A stretch of DNA of 63,471 nt, filler included, from Octopus bimaculoides (taxonomy: Eukaryota), in assembly GCF_001194135.2 (NCBI RefSeq). It is 8 parts of 6 records of this genome, joined end to end, with 100 filler letters (N's around TTAATTAATTAA, not from the genome) between each part and the next. Parts side by side here need not be neighbours in the genome. Positions count along the whole stretch, not along the records: positions 33,224 to 39,169 come from NW_026350941.1; positions 39,270 to 52,066 come from NC_068981.1; 6 more parts are not named here. One strand, 5' to 3'. Below are positions 36,120 through 47,864 of the stretch, piece after piece. The notes under the pieces are model-generated. The model saw nothing but the letters and a program-made list of their open reading frames with translations, was not told the origin of the DNA and ran no database searches. The first letter of the stretch is position 1; each line of letters starts with the position of its first letter. A program made the translations under genes and the position numbers.

Positions 36120-38055
36120 GAGACTGTTCAAATCTGGTAAGAATGGTCTAATCATGGTTGGGATCGATAATCAAATGGCCGTTTCTCAGCATTCCGCACA
36201 CATAGAGCTTGGAAACAAGCCATGTACACGATAGCAACAATAATCATAAAATATATAAAACATTCCATGAACAAATGGCAAACAGTGCTGCAGCCCCAAA
36301 TAAAAGAGGTACTCATAAAAGCCAAAGCCGTACCCATTTGAAGAGGAATATTCCAGGAAGACAGGCTTTCTTCCACTCCTTTTCTGCTTGGCACAGACGC
36401 CTATAACGAACACGCTAAACAGAACTGGATGTGGATGCAACTGCTACGGTAAAACAATCAACAAACTTTTGTATATCGATGACCTAAATCTGTATGCTGC
36501 AAATGACAGACAGCTTGAAACATTACTATAGACAGTGCAATGGATTCGGCTTAGAAAACCGTGACAAAGAAACCTTGAAAAGAGGGAAAATAGTTAAGAG
36601 TAACAAAAGTCTTATAAGACTAGATAAAGAAAATGAAATAAGAGAATTAGACCAAAGCAAGACATAGTAATACTTCGGAATCAACGACCTAAAGACGGTA
36701 CATCGCACACACATGAATGAGAAGATAAGAAAGAAATACTATAGCCGAGTCAGATTCATACTTAAAACAGAGCTCAATGCGAGAACAGGATTGTCGGTAT
36801 CAACACTCTAGCCGTCCCAGTTATAAGTTACAGCTACAATATTCTTAATTGGACTTTAAATGGACTAACGAAACTAGACAGGAAAACAAGAAAAATGATA
36901 GAAATTAGGATACACCGCCCGAAATCTGGCATAGAAAGGTTATATAAACAACGAACTGAAGAAAACTATTATAAAATAACCACTATAGGATTACAGAAAT
37001 GCCTAGTTCAGAAGCAAGGAAAACTGATACAAATAGCAACAAAACAAAAACCATTTTCTGTCTTTACGGAAGCTTAAAAATACAAGAAACAAGTAATAGA
37101 ACATGACAACTATGAAGATAAAGAGAAAACCACAAAATCTGGAAAACAACTGAAATTCAAACTAAAACTGGAACAAAATACCTTGATAAAACGATGGCAA
37201 GAAAAGACCTTACATGGTTATAAGCTAAATAGAAGCGAAATAGACAAAGTAAAATCGCAACAAGTGCTGAGAAGCTCATGACTCAAAACAGAAACCGAAA
37301 TATTTTTAATTGCAGCACAAAATCAAAGCCACCCCACCAGAAATAACCAGAAACACATGATGAAGAAGAACACAACAAATAACTGCAGAATATGTGTTGA
37401 GAAAGAAACATTAAATCATATTGTCTTTGGCTGCCCAGTCCTGGCTAAGAAGGAATATACCCAGAGGCATGACAGAGCTCTAACCTACATTCACTGGAAG
37501 CTATACCAACAATATGGAATGACAATAGAAAAATAGATGGTATAAGGACACCCCAGAAAATAACTCAGAAAATGACAACGCAACCATACTCTGGGATATG
37601 CCAATACATACAGGTAGAGAAATCAAGGTTAATAGACCGAATATAGTTGTCAGAGATCACCATGAAAAAATGCCTTCTAATCAATGTATCATTACAAACA
37701 CATGTCAATGCATCTCTAATAGAAACAGAGAAACTTTCAAAATACAAAGATCTGGAAATAGAAGTAACCCGAACGTGGAACCTAAAAGCAGAAACAATCC
37801 CTGTAATAATAGGTGCATTAGGTATGATTAAAAAATCATTCAGACAGATACATGACAAAATCACCAGGACTTACGAATGTATATAACATACAGAAAATAG
37901 CACTGCTAGGTACCGCGCACATTCTCCGTAACGCACTTTCAAAACAGTTAAAATAAGAGCACCACAACAAACTACAACACATAGCCAAGGCACACAGAGC
38001 TGCACTCGGTAGAGCAATGGAAATACCTGATAAAAATAAGACTTCTGAATAATGT
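36120..38055 (+). mobile_element. 5'-truncated Dong/R4-clade non-LTR retrotransposon (RT, CCHC, RLE)
   Basis: LLYIDDLNLY at ~36465; CRICVEKETLNHIVFGC; ILWDMPIHT.REIKVNRPNIVV...EKLSKYKDL...IPVIIGALG; ends ctgaataat; multiple stops and frameshifts. Confidence 0.92.
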
Positions 38056-39029
38056 TATACATAAATGGCAATTGCTGTCTGTCAGTCTGTCTGTTACCAT
38101 TTACTGCCTACACCAGTAAACTAATCTTGACGAAACTTACAGACATGTTAAACTAACATCCAGTTCAATTATAGGCTAATTGGATTACTATGGAAATCTA
38201 TATTGGCCCCACCAAGTGGGGTTGGGCTATTATTTCATAAAATAAAAAGGTTGCAAGAGTTAGGGAAGTGTGGTGGCATAGTGAGTGTGGCTGATATCAG
38301 GGAAGGGGAGAATAGCGTTATGTAAGCGACAATTATGGAGTGGCAGTGGGGTAGTAACGTTAATACAGCTGTCATTCAGTGTGTCTGCATGCGTGTGTAT
38401 GTGTGTGTGCGTGTTTGAGTGTGTTTGTGTGTTTGTTAAGTGAGTCTGTGTCTGTGTGGCCGCGTCTTATAACTGTCTGCCTCTCTACTTTTGTAAGATC
38501 TTCCCTGTTGCTGTCACATATTGTGAAAATTTAAATTACGTCAAAATTACCAAATTTGATATATTGAAATAATTTCTCACGTTAAATCTGATTTTGTCAT
38601 TTATCTGTTCCAGAAAAATTGCAGAAAAAATTTCCTTAGGTTTAAATTTTAATCAATTTTACCTAATCAGAAAGCAAGATTTGGAAGCTGGCATTTTCTG
38701 CATGATAGCTGTCTATCACAAAATCAAAGCAAAATAATTACGAGGAGGAATTTTTATTAAACATACGAAATCAAAGTATTACGACGACCAATGTTATAAC
38801 AACTTCTAAAGTTTTAATGTTTTACTGCATAAAGCCATGTGAAACGCTCGAACAGACATGTAAATAATTTTATTAAAAAAATCCTCAAGGAAGATTTTGT
38901 GAAAAGTTGCACAAATCTGTCTACATCAAGAGGCATGTCTGTTGGGCAAGACATGGTCTGACATAGAATAAACAAAAAATTATATAAGACATTCTATTGC
39001 AAAAATTGCCCGGTAACGACAGGATAAAC

Positions 39030-39169
<140 letters not shown>

Positions 39170-39951
39170 NNNNNNNNNNNNNNNNNNNNNNNNNNNNNNN
39201 NNNNNNNNNNNNNTTAATTAATTAANNNNNNNNNNNNNNNNNNNNNNNNNNNNNNNNNNNNNNNNNNNNTATATATAGGTAGATAGATAGATATACACAC
39301 ATCTACCTGTGAGTTTGTACATACTCAATGATATATAGAACAAATATATCTTTCTTTAAAATCACGAATATCCAAGTTCTTAATAAATTTCAGATTTTCT
39401 TTTCTTTGTCTTTGGGAAAGGTGTTGGGGGTGAGAGGCAAGAAATAAATTATTGAAGACCAGTTTCCTGTTTGAAAGAAACTGTAATTAAGATTAGTTAT
39501 AATTATCTGTGAAATTACAACCTCATTAAAAACAACAAATTTCAGAGAGTTAAATCTATTGCCATTAGTTGTTATGGACTGGATATATAAATGGTACAGT
39601 CCACTTCTGAATACCCTTATCCTATATCATTTCATCAACTAATTTTATCTAATTGACATTTTAAGTAACTGTTCTGTTCTAGGTTATCTTTCACTTAGCA
39701 CTTCTCGTATCAAGTTTCCTCTGATTCAATATCTTTACTCTTCTAACTTTGAATGTTGCTGTTGCTGTGAGCTTCTTTTGGTTTGGCATCCATTTAGGTT
39801 GAGATATCCATTCTTTGTTCACTAGGCCACCCAAGAGAGTAAAGTGGTTTTGATGTTTTTGAGTTTCTTCTCTGAGGGAGCCTATAAACGATTTCTTGAA
39901 CCATTACAAAAATCATAGCCGAATCTCTCAAATCATATCGCTATGTTGTCA

Positions 39952-40075
39952 TTGCCATCATTTAACGTCCTTTTTCCATGCTGGCATGGATTGGACAGTT
40001 TGACTGGAGCTGGTAAGGCCAAGTGCCACACCAGGCTCTGTTGTCAGTTCTGGCATGGTTTCTATGGCTGGCTGA
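39952..40075 (-). mobile_element. 3' tail of a retroposon (SINE/LINE), CpG-decayed
   Basis: catcatttaacgtcc...ccatgctggcatgg...ggcatggtttctatggctgg; recognised from memory as an octopus retroposon tail. Confidence 0.45.
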
Positions 40076-41704
40076 GGGAAATGATAATGAGGACTTAGTT
40101 TTTTTATCCTATGGTTTAGTCAGAAGAAGGCAATATCCATGATTTTTTGTAGGACCACTAAGACCTTTTTTTGAATACCTGCAATGAAATGGACACTGGT
40201 AAAGACACCTAAAAACCAGGCAAACAAATTACCTATCACCCCACAATAGAGGCATTTCATTCAATGTGATACCATACACTTTCTTTCTACTCAGCTTCAC
40301 ATCCAGAGTTTTGGCAGAAGACACATGCTCAAGCTTTGAGATCCAACAATTCTCAAAGCTGAGATAGTTTCCAGCAGTCCAGTCATTGCATTTGTGGACT
40401 GTGCAAACACTTTTGACTTGGTATTATAGTAGAAAACACTTGGCCTATAGTAGAAAACACTTGGTCAAAGGTACCATGTTGTGGGACTGAACCTAAAACC
40501 AACTGTGTGATTAGCAAACAAATGTTTTATCCACACAGTCATCACAGTAGTTTCAGCATGGCCAGCATCACAGTTTAAAACAGTTAATGGACTGATGGTA
40601 CAAGTCAATTTGATTGCATGCAGCAGAGAATGTTTAAACTTCACATTCATCTTCCATCCTCCCTCCATAACAGATCAAAACCAATTACCACACATTCATT
40701 GTTTCATGTCACACTTGGGTGGTAGCTTTAAACCACTGTCTAGCTTAGCATAACCACCCTGACCTTTGAATGTTTTTCACAAAGTTGACACTGTTGCAAG
40801 TATTCAGGCCAATCTTTGGCTTAACAATAAATTCCTCCCATCAGTCTTGGAGGCTCTGAAAATGGTCATGAGCACTGCCTTTACACTTCTGATGAAGTCA
40901 AAACAAAAAAGAAAATGTTCCTATATTTCTTTCATTCATTCAACAACTCAAATGTGTCAGGCCTGGTACTAATTAGGTTATATAATTAAAAAAAAAACTT
41001 GACAGCAATTTCAAACAATTCATCTGAGCTGTCTTTATCATGCTATGCAGTTGATGGCTGGCTGCCACAATTTATTTATTGCTGTATGGGGCTCAGCATG
41101 TCAAAGAATAGACCTGATGTTTCCTCTACGTGTCATAAAAAGTAACTGAAAGAAGTTGAGATATGATTTGCAGTCAGACCTCATAAAACCCTTACCCACA
41201 ACTACCCAAAACAGAAATGAGATGGAGGGTTGTTGCCTGATTAGCACAAAGGTGTCATCTGCCAGGAGTAGAGAATCACCAACAAATGATGGATGCAGAA
41301 CATGGCCCCATACTACTACTAAAACTACTGAGAGAACTTCAATAAGGTCTCTTGACTTGCAAAAAATAACAGCCAAATCCAATTCAAATCAGGTTACCAC
41401 ATTAAAAAAAAAACATTGGATGATTTGATCTTAGACACCTTGTATTTGCAAAACCAAAAAGATGGAGAGACATGGTCTTAGCTGGAATGCCCTTGTCCTT
41501 GAACAGAGCTGAGTTGAGATTAAACAATTAAAAATTTCCAACACTTGTACATACTATTTGATACCGTGTTCCTACTTTTCCCTTCCAATGTAAACATTTC
41601 TACGATCCTGTGATTTAAAGATTTCTTGGTTAGTATTATGTCCATCTTCAGACAACTTGAATTAATTAAAAAATTATGAAATGCAAACAAATAAATTTAT
41701 AAGT

Positions 41705-42340
41705 GTTTTAAATTTTGACACAAGATAAACAATTTTAGGGGAGGGAGTAAGTTAGTTACATCGACTCCAAAACTCAACTGGTACTTATTCTATCAATCCC
41801 AAATGGATAAAAGGCAAAGTTAACCTCAGCAGCATTTGAACTCAGAACATAAAGCTGGAAGAAATGCCACAAAGCATTCTGTCTGGCATGCTAACAATTC
41901 TGCCAAATCACCACCTTAATAATGGTTTCAAATTTTGGCATAATGCCAGCAAGTTTAAAGGAGGGGGCAATTTGATTACATTTGACTCCAGTGCTCAACT
42001 AGTACTTATTTTACTGACCCCGTAAAAGTGAAAAAGCAAGGTCAACTTTGGCAGAATTTTCACTCAGAACATAAAGATGGACGAAATGCTGCCAAGCATT
42101 TTGCTTAGCATGCTAATGGTTCTGCCAGCTTACCACCTTATCAATAATAACAATAATTATTTCTAATATTGCCACAGGGTCAGAAATTTTGAGGTGTTCG
42201 TTGGTTAGACCAACCTCAGTTTATGGCTGATACTTTATTTCGTTGATCCTGGAAAAATGAAAGGTTAAGTTGGCTTTCAAAGAATTTGAACCCTCTGAGC
42301 CAGAACACGGCAAGGCTTTGTTTTTGACACACTAATGATT
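41705..42340 (-). mobile_element. Three tandem SINE family A copies, CpG-depleted
   Basis: Three repeats of ggtactt...aaagg..aagt...tttgaac at ~41705-41919, 41925-42140 and 42160-42340. Confidence 0.8.
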
Positions 42341-42707
42341 TTGTTAATGAGTGCCTAATAATAACAATAATAGTCCTTTCTTTTTCTTATGACTAGAAAA
42401 AAGATACCCATATATAACAGAAAAGCACTATGTGTGTACACATATTTGGATGTATAAACGAGAAAAAAGTACTCAACAGATGCAGGAGATTTCATGTATT
42501 TGAAGTTGAGGTTTCATTGCATCGCTGTTCCAAGTTTCCTATTACTATAATGGTACTCGAAGTGTCTCTAATCCATGTATCTTACTGAACATGATAATAA
42601 CAAGAAACTCAGAGTAGCAACAAAGCCTTAGCTTCAAATATATGAGCATATATACATACACACATGATATTGATGTAAGCTAACACATTTTTCAAAAATA
42701 TTGACAT

Positions 42708-44669
42708 TTATTTTTCTTTGAGTAGTTTCTTTGGTGGTATAAGTTCATATTTCATTGTCGAGCCACCACTTTCCATGATGTGATTAAACAACTGACAAGG
42801 ATTTCGTTTCCGGCTGATAACCAAATATCTTGACGCTCCAGTGCCACGACTAACACTCTTAAGGTTCAGTTTGCGAGCTTCTTTGTGCATAATAGCCCTT
42901 TCTTGTTTAGAGAAATTTGTGGCAAAAACAAGATCATTTTGGTTCTTACTTTTGACATAATTAACAAGTACATCATGGATAGAACTGTCAAACTGAGCAG
43001 ACACACCTGACCGACAACCAAGACCTTGTCGATCAATAACTTGATCAACAGTGATAGGGTTTTCAATTCCTTTGTTGCCCTCTGCGCCAATCCCTCCACC
43101 AGCCCAACCCATTTTCCTTAATAACTGATTCCCAACATTGTCAGATGGGATGGCTTGAGGTTGTTTTTTCTGTATTTCATTCATCAGTTCATCTCTAGAA
43201 AGGCTGACATCATCACTGTCAGCTGTTTGCTTAATGAGAATTGTCCAACACTTTTCCTGCAGCCACTCCAATGCTTTTTTAGAGACAGCTGTTTTAGCTT
43301 TAGACTTGCTTTCAGCAACACATTCCATGATGGATTCTTCGTTAAGAAGAATACGGCAACATGTTCCATTTACAGCAGGCCGATACACATATTCTATAGG
43401 CATCTTGTTAAAATTTGCACTCCTTCTAAGAATGTCAGTGGCATGATTAACCATAGTGTTAGACATTATGAGAAACTCAATCCAATCACTGATTGGCTGT
43501 TTTTGCATTGGTTTGTTGGCAGCATTGGTTTGTTGACTAGCATTTTGATTGCGTTTAGTTGCACGAGATTTTGTAGAACTTTTTGCTGCTTCTGTTTGGC
43601 TCAAAAGACTAACTATAGGTTGAGGGGATGAGCTGCCAACTAACACATTTTGACCATTGTCCAAAGTATTAATTTTCAAACAAGACATACTAAGCACTTC
43701 AATGGCTTTGTTGTAAGCTTCATGTTTTGCAGCTCTTTTGTTGGGGCCAGTTCCATTTACTATTTGGGTGTCATTAATACAAATCTTACATATAAATAAA
43801 GTCGCTGCACTAACAAAGCAAGGAGAAATGTCACATTTTATTGTCATTTTTGTTTTATCTGCTGCAACGTGTACAACTTGGATGGAATTGGCTGATGGTA
43901 GTGCTTTTTTTATAGACCTTAGGTTGTGTGAGAGAGAATAAAATTTCATTTCTAAATTAGTGAGGAGATTCTTAGCAGATTCAGTATCATTAGTAGTGGC
44001 TTCATTAGAAGCATCGGCATTAACCGAAATGTTCTGTTGTCGACCTTTCGTTTTGACATTATTTGATGAAGATTTTGGTTTTTTGTTAGATGTTGTGTTT
44101 GAATTATTTCCATTTCCAGTTTCTTTCTCAAATTTCACTATATTTAAATATTTGTTTGTCACCGGGAGACCCGAATCTGATTCGCTTAATTCGGGAACTG
44201 ATGCAGAATTTGCGAGGCGAGGATATTTAGTAGCCGGCTCTGGAGATAGCAGAGGCTTTAATTTTTCCGTCTCTGTTGATTGAACGAAATTACCATATTT
44301 TCTCTTTGCCTTCACGGAGTCATTGTTGTTATTCGTTGCGTCGTTGGCTCTCACAAAATTACTGTAACAGGTACTGGCCTCAGCTGATTTGGTAGTGGGT
44401 AGAGCATTATCGTTAGATTTTACGAAGCCAATGAAAGTCGATTCTTTAACAATATCAATGTGACGAGGAAGACCTTCAGATAACTGTTTGACAAGTTTCA
44501 TGACACCAGCCGGATACGTAACACCGTAACTCACGTGGTTGATGTAGCACATAGACAGACATATTAGTCGATCGACAGGGAATTTATTTTTATTATTTTC
44601 AATAAATTTCCGCCGTAATCTCCATTCCTTGTCGCTTTCTACTTCATTACGAAAAGATTCGATATTCAT
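42708..44669 (-). CDS. NKRF: NF-kappa-B-repressing factor-like protein (XTBD, 2 dsRBD-like, G-patch, R3H), 653 aa
   Basis: XTBD: ESDKEWRLRRKFIENN...DRLICLS...YGVTYP. G-patch: NVGNQLLRKMGWAGGGIGAEGNKGIENPI. R3H: FSKQERAIMHKEARKLNLKSVSRG. dsRBD ends KRAAKHEAYNKAIEVL and KSKAKTAVSKKALEWL. First ATG at 44669 (A at -3); no stops. Confidence 0.93.
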   Translation of the reverse strand: MNIESFRNEVESDKEWRLRRKFIENNKNKFPVDRLICLSMCYINHVSYGVTYPAGVMKLVKQLSEGLPRHIDIVKESTFIGFVKSNDNALPTTKSAEASTCYSNFVRANDATNNNNDSVKAKRKYGNFVQSTETEKLKPLLSPEPATKYPRLANSASVPELSESDSGLPVTNKYLNIVKFEKETGNGNNSNTTSNKKPKSSSNNVKTKGRQQNISVNADASNEATTNDTESAKNLLTNLEMKFYSLSHNLRSIKKALPSANSIQVVHVAADKTKMTIKCDISPCFVSAATLFICKICINDTQIVNGTGPNKRAAKHEAYNKAIEVLSMSCLKINTLDNGQNVLVGSSSPQPIVSLLSQTEAAKSSTKSRATKRNQNASQQTNAANKPMQKQPISDWIEFLIMSNTMVNHATDILRRSANFNKMPIEYVYRPAVNGTCCRILLNEESIMECVAESKSKAKTAVSKKALEWLQEKCWTILIKQTADSDDVSLSRDELMNEIQKKQPQAIPSDNVGNQLLRKMGWAGGGIGAEGNKGIENPITVDQVIDRQGLGCRSGVSAQFDSSIHDVLVNYVKSKNQNDLVFATNFSKQERAIMHKEARKLNLKSVSRGTGASRYLVISRKRNPCQLFNHIMESGGSTMKYELIPPKKLLKEK

Positions 44670-45639
44670 GATGAATAATTCAAAGTGAGAGAAGAGATAT
44701 GAGGTCTTGAAAAGAACAAACAAAATAAAAATAGACGCAGTGAAGGAAGAAATCAAGAAACTATCTCCGAGATAACCTTGATTTCTAGCAGTGATTTCGA
44801 TGTTTCAATACAACACTGTGTATTAATATTTTGTTTGAAATAATTGTTCACTATCCATGACAACGTAATATTAACACACTGTATTTAAGTCAAGCAAACA
44901 AAGAGTGAAAGTTAGTAAAGAGACATGTATATCTATCTGGATGTAGAAACTACATGAACACAAATGTCTGACGAAAAAAAAAAAGTGGTAGAATGAACAG
45001 GAAAACAAGTCTCCGGACGCTCAGGATAAATATAATTAAGTGGAAAAGAATCTGTAGGATCGTGATTGCATCATCATGATTATAGATTTAATTACTTACT
45101 TAAAGGTAGATTAAAAGGTTGAATGATACATGCCGAGTCATACTTTGGTCGGCGAGTCGATTTGTTTGGTCTGGCTAGAAAAACATATGAAGATAGACAC
45201 ATATTTAGCCACATTTTCGTAATTTCTCTCATTTTTTTTTTGTTTTTTTCTCTTTCTTTGTTTTATGTTTTTCTTTACGAATGTATTCGCTGCATTACTT
45301 ATTTAACTGTTTATTAATATATGAGTTTCTCCCTATCTTGTAAGTAAGGGTTCTGGTAAAATTCACATGTACAAACAGCAGGCAAACCTATTCAAATTTG
45401 CAAACTTTCTTTATCTGGCAATCCATTTTAAAACTTTTCTCTATTTATGTATTTATCTATCTTTTCACACTGAATGTATTTTAATGTGCTGATAAATTTT
45501 GGATTTTTAAAAATTAATTTCTTCTGTTAAAAATCGCTTAAGCCACTTTAAAAAAAAAATCACTGAAACAAATTAATTTTTATCTCTTTCACTTTCTCTC
45601 TCTCTATATATAGTCAGTGTATCTACTATATATATATAT

Positions 45640-45842
45640 ATCAAAAGATCAAATGTCCTTCCCGACTCACTGGCTCATGGGACCAGTTCCCTGGATTCAG
45701 TGCACGGCTTGATGCAGGATAACTAATTTTTATCCGCTGAGTAGAGTGGAGCAACTGAAATTAAAAATCGCCCGGTCTAGAAACTGAAATAACGATCTTA
45801 CGATCAAAAGTGCGACACCCTAACCACTAAACCACGTGCTCC
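45640..45842 (-). mobile_element. Degenerate SINE of the 28877 family
   Basis: Reverse complement reads ggagcacgtggtttagtggttagggtgtc...gatcgtaagat...gttgctccactctactcagc. Confidence 0.7.
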
Positions 45843-46989
45843 ACACACACATCATGTCTATTTATGTATCTGTCTGTTTGTCTGTGGATATGTGCGCGTT
45901 TCAGTACCTTTTTTGTTTTTAAGCAGTATATAATTTTCAATAGAATAAAATTATTAATATATTGTAACTGTAATAACTTAGGAAGTGATTTTATCTGCGA
46001 TTGTGTTTTAAAATTAAAGCAACCACATTGTGAAAAAGCCATGTAATAACACACTAAATTGTTAAATTCACGCCGAAATTTTTATCACACCACTGCCTCC
46101 TGGTCACCGACACATTTATATACGCGCGCACGTGTGTGCGCGTATTTATAGTTACTTTTGAATTCTTTATTCAAAGTGGCTAGACATAGCTTCTTATGAA
46201 CTTTTCACTCACTTAGAATACTTATAAACACATATACATCTTTTTTTAACATAAAAGATAATATATATATATATATATANNNNNNNNNNNNNNNNNNNNN
46301 NNNNNNNNNNNNNNNNNNNNNNNNNNNNNNNNNNNNNNNNNNNNNNNNNNNNNNNNNNNNNNNNNNNNNNNNNNNNNNNNNNNNNNNNNNNNNNNNNNNN
46401 NNNNNNNNNNNNNNNNNNNNNNNNNNNNNNNNNNNNNNNNNNNNNNNNNNNNNNNNNNNNNNNNNNNNNNNNNNNNNNNNNNNNNNNNNNNNNNNNNNNN
46501 NNNNNNNNNNNNNNNNNNNNNNNNNNNNNNNNNNNNNNNNNNNNNNNNNNNNNNNNNNNNNNNNNNNNNNNNNNNNNNNNNNNNNNNNNNNNNNNNNNNN
46601 NNNNNNNNNNNNNNNNNNNNNNNNNNNNNNNNNNNNNNNNNNNNNNNNNNNNNNNNNNNNNNNNNNNNNNNNNNNNNNNNNNNNNNNNNNNNNNNNNNNN
46701 NNNNNNNNNNNNNNNNNNNNNNNNNNNNNNNNNNNNNNNNNNNNNNNNNNNNNNNNNNNNNNNNNNNNNNNNNNNNNNNNNNNNNNNNNNNNNNNNNNNN
46801 NNNNNNNNNNNNNNNNNNNNNNNNNNNNNNNNNNNNNNNNNNNNNNNNNNNNNNNNNNNNNNNNNNNNNNNNNNNNNNNNNNNNNNNNNNNNNNNNNNNN
46901 NNNNNNNNNNNNNNNNNNNNNNNNNNNNNNNNNNNNNNNNNNNNNNNNNNNNNNNNNNNNNNNNNNNNNNNNNNNNNNNNNNNNNNNGA

Positions 46990-47205
46990 AATTTACTGAA
47001 ATTCTACTTGGAGAGTTTAAATGTAGTTACAAAAATATGTCCTTCTGTTGAAATGAAATGTCAGTAAATTTCTATATCTTTGTGCAGCTGAGGATTGCTC
47101 TGCATTTTACATTTAATGTAATGTTCACATTGCTTAAATAAATGGAGTCGCATGAAACGATCGTACTGCATTAACTTTGGATATCCTTGTTGCTTATTTT
47201 GATTT

Positions 47206-47206
<1 letters not shown>
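46990..47206 (+). repeat. Unclassified dispersed repeat ending in (TA)n, copy 1
   Basis: gattgctctgcattttacatttaatgtaatg...cttaaataaatggag shared with 60620-60822. Confidence 0.85.
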
Positions 47207-47284
<78 letters not shown>

Positions 47285-47307
47285 ACTCACCCACCCACCC
47301 ACACATG

Positions 47308-47670
47308 TACGACGGGCTTCGTTCAGTTTCTACTCACAAGGTCGGCCTGAGGCTATGGTAGAAGACACTTGCTCAAGGTTCCACGCAGTAGGACAACCCA
47401 GAACCATATAGCTGTGAAGCAGGCTTCTTACCACACAGCTATTCCTGTGATATATATATATATTTTTCATCCGTTTCAGTCAGACTACGCCCATGCTGGA
47501 GCACCGTCTTAAATAACTTTTAGCCGAATGAGTCGACTCCAGTACTTATTTTTTTCTTTAAGCCTAGTACTTATATCGCGCGCCTTTTGACGAACCGCAA
47601 GATTATAGGGACGTAAACATACCAACACCGGTTGTCAAGCGCGCGCGCGCGCACACACACACACACACAA
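47308..47670 (-). mobile_element. SINE family C halves in permuted order
   Basis: 5' module at 47308-47447, 3' module at ~47465-47670; on the minus strand the 3' module comes first. Confidence 0.75.
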
Positions 47671-47835
47671 GTTAGACCCATCTAGGCCATTATAATGTTT
47701 GTTCACCCAAGTGAGAGATTAAAATCATAGAGTAGTAATGACGTCAGTGTGAATTAACCAGGAAGAGAACAACGAATATGTAAATAATAATAATAATAGT
47801 AACAAAGGAAAAAGAAAGAAAGATCTCGCTGAACA

Positions 47836-47864
47836 GATGTTTCGATGACGATCCACCTCGTCAG
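47836..47864 (-). ncRNA. Hammerhead-like remnant with canonical core
   Basis: Minus CTGACGA-GGTGG-atcg-TCATC-GAAAC-ATC; stem I not pairing. Confidence 0.4.

Noticed and set aside
41101-41382. Minus ORF with LLADDT as an RT or host exon
   Set aside because: A single short motif with no other RT blocks or convincing splice sites.
43155-44283. Plus-strand ORFs overlapping NKRF
   Set aside because: Antisense shadows of the real CDS with no recognisable motifs.
44670-44756. N-terminal 29-aa extension of NKRF in the ORF track
   Set aside because: It starts at TTG, runs through a pyrimidine tract and probable splice acceptor, and precedes the XTBD; ATG 44669 is preferred.
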